IMG/VR virus record: IMGVR_UViG_3300025117_000072
Coordinates: 1 to 61,194 of that record
Length of the DNA: 61,194 nt
Strand: one strand, 5' to 3'
Origin: a virus
Taxonomy: Duplodnaviria; Caudoviricetes
A program made the translations under genes and the position numbers. The notes beneath the pieces are model-generated. The model was not told the DNA's origin and did not search any database. It was given only the letters and a program-made list of their open reading frames with translations. This document shows positions 55,876-61,194 of this stretch, in pieces (position 1 is the first letter of the stretch; every line of letters begins with the position of its first letter).

Positions 55876-56895
55876 TTAACTGGCCGGATAGTAGCTGTTC
55901 GTATACCCAGGCGATCCATACTGTGTCGCACTAGGCTGATAGATAGCCGCTGGCTGCTGTTGTGGTTGTGTCAGGTAGTTATAGAACATGGCGTTGTTCG
56001 CGCCCTGCATCATTGAATTTATCCCACCCGTGATGGCATTGGCCTGATTGATATATCCAGAAGCCGTAGCGTCTCCAGCCCTCATGATATTTTGCCCGAC
56101 CTGTGATCCTGTCTGTGTGGCCGCATTCGTGGTCGCGCTTGTGGCAACCTGTCCCATTCCTGAAACCGAAAGGAGGGGGTTCACCTTCGTCTGGAGCCAG
56201 TTCTGAATCCAGTTCTGATATTCAGTGGAAGCCAGCCCCTTGCCGTACCTCTGCGCTTCTCTCTGTGCCGCGCCTGAATCCAAAATCCCCCTTGCGCTTT
56301 GCGAGCGAGCGAGTTCCTTGTTGCCCTCTTCCAAGAGGAAGTTGTAGTAGGGGCTTTCGGTAAATTCGCCGGGACCGGTTTCGAGGATTCCGGGTTCACG
56401 GCTAACGAGTTTTCCGGGAACGGCAACATCTTCATACGTTTCCATTCCAGGCAGTTTCATTTGTTTGATGCTTTGCTCGTTGACCGCCCTGTATCCGGGA
56501 GGGATTTGGTTGACCGTCTCCGGCCCCGCTCCACCAAAACTCGTCTGGTAGCCCGGAAAATTCTCCGGGTTTTGTCCGGCCCGGATAAGATCGGCGTCGG
56601 GGACCAAGAAACTTCCCTGCACTGGGCCGTTCACAAGCTTCGTGTAGCCGCCCCCTGAAACAGCACCCCCGCCGCTGACCAACCTCCGCTCGGTAGTTGA
56701 CGGCTCACGTACTTCTTTGCCGAGAATGAGGGTATTGAGAGCCATCTTCCCGGCCTCTCTCCATGGGGCCTGATCCTCACGGCTTTTGTAGTACATCTCA
56801 AGCATGGCATCGGTAGCTTGCTCTGCCGCCGCCATCTGTGCGTCTGCCGCTTTACTTGCTGACTTACTCCCAATAAGTGCAGATATACCGCCCAT
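55876..56895 (-). CDS. DNA ejection/pilot protein (gp7-like)
   Basis: SASKAADAQMAAA, SPYYNFLLEEG...SARG...SG, ATASGYINQANA. Confidence 0.8.
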   Translation of the reverse strand: MGGISALIGSKSASKAADAQMAAAEQATDAMLEMYYKSREDQAPWREAGKMALNTLILGKEVREPSTTERRLVSGGGAVSGGGYTKLVNGPVQGSFLVPDADLIRAGQNPENFPGYQTSFGGAGPETVNQIPPGYRAVNEQSIKQMKLPGMETYEDVAVPGKLVSREPGILETGPGEFTESPYYNFLLEEGNKELARSQSARGILDSGAAQREAQRYGKGLASTEYQNWIQNWLQTKVNPLLSVSGMGQVATSATTNAATQTGSQVGQNIMRAGDATASGYINQANAITGGINSMMQGANNAMFYNYLTQPQQQPAAIYQPSATQYGSPGYTNSYYPAS

Positions 56896-56896
56896 T

Positions 56897-57352
56897 TCAT
56901 GCCCTCATCATTTCATCAACAGTGTTTTCCCGGATTATGTGCCCTTTTCTGACAAGCCTTGCCATCATCCTTGAATTATTAACAGGGACGTGCCGCCTGA
57001 AAATCTTTGCGCCATGTTTGCGGCACACCTCTGTACTCATCCTGTGCAACAAAACGCCAGCCTTGCCTTTTCTATACAGCGGAGCAACGTACATGTGCCC
57101 GCCTTCAAGGTAAATGTCGCCTTCATTCTCAAGATCCTCCCTGATAAGCCCTGTGGCAAATCCGACTATCATCCCCATTGCTTCAACGACATAGGCGTAA
57201 TACAGGTCGTCCTGCATTAAATCCTTCTGGTATCTGCACCACCCGGCTTTGTCCGGTCGGGCAGGGGGGTTCTCTTCTAAAACAAGATCGGCCCATAGGC
57301 ACGACATAGCCGGGAGGTCTCCGCTATTTGCCCTTCGGATAGTTACGTTCAT
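56897..57352 (-). CDS. GNAT acetyltransferase
   Basis: IRRANSGDL, IVGF, MYVAPLYRKGKAGVLL. Confidence 0.8.
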   Translation of the reverse strand: MNVTIRRANSGDLPAMSCLWADLVLEENPPARPDKAGWCRYQKDLMQDDLYYAYVVEAMGMIVGFATGLIREDLENEGDIYLEGGHMYVAPLYRKGKAGVLLHRMSTEVCRKHGAKIFRRHVPVNNSRMMARLVRKGHIIRENTVDEMMRA

Positions 57353-58304
57353 ACCCCTCGCTTATCAGAAGAGACGTGACGAGGTTGTAGATCCCTCCGT
57401 CTTTCGCCTTGTACCAAGGCCCGCAGTTGATATCCTGAAGGTCCACGTTCTGAATCCCGTACCAGCAACAGGGGAACAGCCTCAGCCCTTCCCAAAGCAC
57501 ATTAGCAAACGATACCTTGTTGCCCCATTCCCCTACTGTGATGTCTGTCCGGCCCCGCGCCTTGAGGTAGTTCAGGATGTCGGAAACGTAAATCTTCCCT
57601 TTCACTTTCGTTTCGTTCCCGATGTTTGACGCCCCCTTGAGCCTCATGCTGCCGATCACGTCAGGAAACTTCAGGTAGATCGAAACCGCCTCGTCAATCT
57701 GCCCCAGGTCATCGAGGACAAAGAACGTCTCAGGAATGACCAACTTCATGGACCTGCACAGTTCAAGAAATTCGATGTCCTTGCCATTCGATTCCTTGTG
57801 AAATGAAAGGGCGATATCGAGAAGATTGTCTTTCAACACCCCGACCTTCAGGAACCGCTCAAAGTACGCCTCGTCACAGAACTTCACCCCATTGGTCGCG
57901 ATGGTAGTTTTCCCTATCGCGGAAAGCCGCTGGTAAATCTCCGGTAGTTTGTCGTGAACGGTCGGTTCTCCCCCGATAAGACCGAACGGGGCAAGATGCT
58001 TGTGTTCCTCTGCGTCCTTCACGATCTCTTCAACGTCATGGTCCTGGCCGCCGTTTTTGTGATAGCAGTATTTACACTTCAGGTTGCATCTGTCGGTAAC
58101 GTCAATCAGGTAAGCGTCATAGATATTCTTGGCATTGAGCCTTGAGCACATCCAAAACCAGAACGGGTCGCGTTCCACCATGCCCCTGAACCATCCATGA
58201 ACGGGACATTTCTTCTCCATCCAAATGGAGCCGTTCACTTCTGAAATCGAGGCCGGTATTTCCCTGTAGCACTTAGGGCAAAGTGAAGAGGTAAGTCGAA
58301 TCAT
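57324..58304 (-). CDS. Radical SAM protein with N-terminal Cys/His metal-binding domain
   Basis: CNLKCKYC, GGEPT, TNG; TSSLCPKC...KKCPVHG N-terminus. Confidence 0.9.
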   Translation of the reverse strand: MIRLTSSLCPKCYREIPASISEVNGSIWMEKKCPVHGWFRGMVERDPFWFWMCSRLNAKNIYDAYLIDVTDRCNLKCKYCYHKNGGQDHDVEEIVKDAEEHKHLAPFGLIGGEPTVHDKLPEIYQRLSAIGKTTIATNGVKFCDEAYFERFLKVGVLKDNLLDIALSFHKESNGKDIEFLELCRSMKLVIPETFFVLDDLGQIDEAVSIYLKFPDVIGSMRLKGASNIGNETKVKGKIYVSDILNYLKARGRTDITVGEWGNKVSFANVLWEGLRLFPCCWYGIQNVDLQDINCGPWYKAKDGGIYNLVTSLLISEGYERNYPKGK

Positions 58305-58640
58305 TTACACAATCTCCACCACATCGAGCGATACGGCCACTTGGTTTGCTACACTCGCAATGGCGCTGATGATGTCCCCTGCATCCAAAACCGTTCCCAC
58401 CACAGTAGGGCAATCGTAAGCCTCCTGGCTGCCCAAAGCCTTCGCGTTCAGTATCAGGTAGGCGTCCCCAACTGAATCACCACTTGGCACCTTATGAAAC
58501 GTGATGGTCACTGCCGTAGTGGTATCGTTCACCGCAGAACAGTGAAGAACCCTGGCTTTGGTATTGGTAGGGCAAGTGTAGAGGGTCGTGTTGGCCGCTG
58601 CGGGTTGACCGGCATAAGCGTTTTTGATAGCTACAGCCAT
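58305..58640 (-). CDS. Small virion structural protein
   Basis: NTTLYTCP...VLDAGDII beta-rich pattern in tail cluster. Confidence 0.6.
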   Translation of the reverse strand: MAVAIKNAYAGQPAAANTTLYTCPTNTKARVLHCSAVNDTTTAVTITFHKVPSGDSVGDAYLILNAKALGSQEAYDCPTVVGTVLDAGDIISAIASVANQVAVSLDVVEIV

Positions 58641-58649
58641 TTTGTTCTC

Positions 58650-59306
58650 CTAGATCGTTGTTTTGTAGTCGAGTTTCAAAAGAAACGTGTTCGCATCCGC
58701 AAGCGCAGTCAGATCGACGCTTGTAACATCCGCTCTCAGGTCAATCGTGATGTCTCCCCCGGTCACTCCTTCCAGGCAGTAGTATCCCGTTGTCCCACCC
58801 TGGATTTTAGCCGTGCAGTCAAGGACGTTGCCGAGTTCAATCGTTAGCCGCGTTCCCCCTGCATTGAGCGTCCAGTAAGTCCCGGTTGTCGCGTTCTTGG
58901 CAACATTGTCCGTTTCGGCTATAATCGCCCCGTTCCATACCGATGTAAGCGTGCATTTCAAGGTATCGGCGTCCGTTCCGTCCGCTATCGTGAGATAACT
59001 TGATCTCGGTTCGGGTTTTACGGCCGGGCGTTCCTTGAAAGCCTCTGACGCAAGCATAGCCTCAAGATTGCGAATATTCCCTCCCCAATCCTTCGGGGTG
59101 GGCAGCGATTCAAGTCTTGCTTCCAGCTCCGCAATTCTCCGTTCAATATCTGCCGAGCGGGAAGGAGTGAAGAGTTCAAGCCCCTGCTCCTCCTCTATTT
59201 CCCCTATCGAGTCCCCCAACTTAGAGAACCATCTCGACCATACCTTAGAGAAAATCCCTTTCTCTAATGGCATATGGCCTATGGGCGCAGAAGGGAATCT
59301 TGCCAT
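58650..59306 (-). CDS. Tail needle-like protein (gp26 position)
   Basis: Follows gp10-like gene; WSRWF N-terminus, coiled coil, C-terminal beta domain. Confidence 0.6.
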   Translation of the reverse strand: MARFPSAPIGHMPLEKGIFSKVWSRWFSKLGDSIGEIEEEQGLELFTPSRSADIERRIAELEARLESLPTPKDWGGNIRNLEAMLASEAFKERPAVKPEPRSSYLTIADGTDADTLKCTLTSVWNGAIIAETDNVAKNATTGTYWTLNAGGTRLTIELGNVLDCTAKIQGGTTGYYCLEGVTGGDITIDLRADVTSVDLTALADANTFLLKLDYKTTI

Positions 59307-59310
59307 CGCA

Positions 59311-60693
59311 TCAACTCAGGCTCTTCGTGATTTCGCCATAGGCGTTCACGATCACGGGTTCAACGGGGTCGGTGATGGAAACCTCATAGTTTCTTATTCT
59401 GGAGCTTCCAAGCATGTGCCATATTGCACGGTCTTTGTGTTTCCCGATCTTGCCGATAGACCGCCACTTCTCGTTGCTCCACGTCTTGCAGTTGTCATCC
59501 GAATACCGAAGCATGGCTTGTGGGTCCGAGCCCTGGCCCGTAGCGAGGCCCACGCCCGGCTTGAACTCGATTTCAACCGAGTGATAAACAATTTGCTTGC
59601 GTCCGTCCGGGTCGAAGAGAGGAGGAGATATTCTTTTCCTCCTGATTGTCTCTCCGTCCTCCGTGTAGGTCGTGCCGGAAATCTCGTAAATCTTCCCGTT
59701 CAGGTAATCCCCAACGAGGTTCTTCCCTGCAAAGAACATGTGGCAGTTCGACCTGTGCCGTCCTTCATACAAACCGGATGACCATTGATGAAAGGCGTTT
59801 GTGGCTGCGTTATAAACCCAAGTCTTGTTTTCTGACGGGGAGGTAAAAACCGCAAAAGCGTTGCCGCGATCCTTGTAGGCATAGGCAAAAATGTCGTCTT
59901 TTCTCTCGTATCCCGAAATGAGCGCGTTCAGGACTTCAGGGGATATGATAACCGGAGTGTCATTACTCATTCTCCTGATTGTGAAATCCTCTGCCATCCA
60001 GAACGCCGTGTTATCCATCTTGCAGACAGCATTGACCGCACCAAGTCCGGTCTCTATGAAAATCCCGTTGATCCTGGCAAACGGGAAATCGGAGGCCCCC
60101 GTATTCTGGAAGGGTTCGGTAGATTCTTCCCCAAAGACAATCATCTCCCTATGGAGCATGAACGCTCTCACGGCTTTGTCGGGAAGTCCCTCTGCGCTTG
60201 TGTAATCCAGCGCGTTCCATGAGGAGGGGTCATTCAGTGCTGAAATGTAAAACCTGCCTGTGTCTGCTGATGTGACGATGAAATAGCCGTCCTGGTAGGT
60301 AAGAGAGGATGGGGTCGGAAAATCAGTGTCCGTGATTTGGGTGACGGTCGTGCCGGATACATAGTAACCTGCATCCCCGTCAATAATCATCATGTAGGTT
60401 CCGTTCGTCGCCATCTGGACGATGCCGCTGGAAGACAGAAGGACTCCGGTGCATTCTTCTTTTGTGGCGCCGATGGTGTGACGGAACACCTTGTTGCCAA
60501 CCACGGAATAGGCAAATGAGGAATTCAGCTTGAACATCCCGCGCACTTCATGGGAATTCCCCGTATCGCACCACAGAAGAAGTCCAGGGGTTCCCAGGAG
60601 CGCAGGTCTCCCGTTGAAGCCCTGTTTCTGGAAGTACCAATTAACGGGAAAGTGTCCCTCAAATACGTCTGTCGAGATGAACGGCAGTTGCAT
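59311..60693 (-). CDS. Tail hub / packaged DNA stabilization protein (P22 gp10-like)
   Basis: TPGL, DGYF, SAEGLPD, GQGSDPQAMLRYSDD..TWS, ITDPV motifs. Confidence 0.88.
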   Translation of the reverse strand: MQLPFISTDVFEGHFPVNWYFQKQGFNGRPALLGTPGLLLWCDTGNSHEVRGMFKLNSSFAYSVVGNKVFRHTIGATKEECTGVLLSSSGIVQMATNGTYMMIIDGDAGYYVSGTTVTQITDTDFPTPSSLTYQDGYFIVTSADTGRFYISALNDPSSWNALDYTSAEGLPDKAVRAFMLHREMIVFGEESTEPFQNTGASDFPFARINGIFIETGLGAVNAVCKMDNTAFWMAEDFTIRRMSNDTPVIISPEVLNALISGYERKDDIFAYAYKDRGNAFAVFTSPSENKTWVYNAATNAFHQWSSGLYEGRHRSNCHMFFAGKNLVGDYLNGKIYEISGTTYTEDGETIRRKRISPPLFDPDGRKQIVYHSVEIEFKPGVGLATGQGSDPQAMLRYSDDNCKTWSNEKWRSIGKIGKHKDRAIWHMLGSSRIRNYEVSITDPVEPVIVNAYGEITKSLS

Positions 60694-61194
60694 CTATGGA
60701 CCTTCGTTGATAGACCATGAACGGGTTGAAGTGATTACACCGGCAGGCATGTCCATTTCCTCCAGCCGGTTTGCCAAGTTCAGATTCTTGATCGTCCGCT
60801 TCAGATCGTCGGCTTCAGAGACCATGTAATTGGTGATCTGCACCCCGTAGGCTCCGGCAAGCATATTCCTGAGATTTGCCACAATCGCCGCTTCGTACTC
60901 ACCGTCGAGACTGATTTCGTCTGCAAGCGCAAGAGTGTCGTGAAGCTCTTTCGTGCTCTCGATATACATCGTGTAGCCTGCCCCATCCGGCACCTTCCAC
61001 ACGTAGATCGTCCCTATGGGGTAGGTCGGATCATAGAAAAGCCTGTCAGGGATTCCCGCAAGGGACTTCTGGGTAATGGCGTTGTACTGCCGCTGATTCA
61101 GAATTCCCACGGGATGGTCAAGGGAATTACTGTCCCGATAGTAGGCGTTCAGGATTCTCTTCGCCCGTGCGCTCGATGCCGTTCCCCCTGTTCC
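60694..61194 (-). CDS. Head-tail adaptor (gp4-like), C-terminal part; begins at 335 across the junction
   Basis: In frame with 1..335 through the terminal repeat. Confidence 0.8.
   Translation of the reverse strand, partial: GTGGTASSARAKRILNAYYRDSNSLDHPVGILNQRQYNAITQKSLAGIPDRLFYDPTYPIGTIYVWKVPDGAGYTMYIESTKELHDTLALADEISLDGEYEAAIVANLRNMLAGAYGVQITNYMVSEADDLKRTIKNLNLANRLEEMDMPAGVITSTRSWSINEGP
61069..61194. repeat. 126-bp terminal direct repeat (copy 2)
   Basis: Identical to 3-128. Confidence 0.97.

Noticed and set aside
1-61194. Host assignment
   Set aside because: The lipoprotein/spanin-like gene suggests a Gram-negative host and the radical SAM gene an anaerobe, but no sequence evidence here fixes the taxon.

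Overview
The window is an apparently complete, circularly assembled ~61.07 kb temperate podovirus-type (P22/Lederbergvirus-like architecture) phage genome. Positions 3-128 are repeated exactly at 61069-61194, and the head-tail adaptor gene reads through that junction. The minus strand carries the late operon: terS, tRNA-Thr, terL, portal, scaffold, P22-type coat, head fibre/decoration genes, gp4/gp10-like tail, ejection proteins, two tail fibres and lysis genes. It also carries the cro-int-methylase-DnaB-initiator-RuvC operon. The plus strand carries the repressor, the early/recombination operon (ERF, YqaJ, HNH, Lar-like) and several morons. The most striking element is a self-contained cassette (own sigma70 promoter and terminator, 16451-17932) between terS and terL. 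It encodes a stand-alone RAMP/Cas7-like protein and an accessory protein, each followed directly by a non-coding array of strictly 5-nt-periodic GGY-NN units (26 and 14 units), which suggests an RNA-guided system with a gapped dinucleotide code. Other notable items are a textbook hammerhead ribozyme, an 87-aa domain shared between the portal C-terminus and an ejection protein, a glycosyl/sulfo/methyl-transferase cluster inside the head genes, mix-and-match virion domains, and a small Cys-rich ORF with an in-frame TGA plus SECIS-like hairpin. All protein family calls come from motifs recognised by eye and from synteny; no database searches were run.
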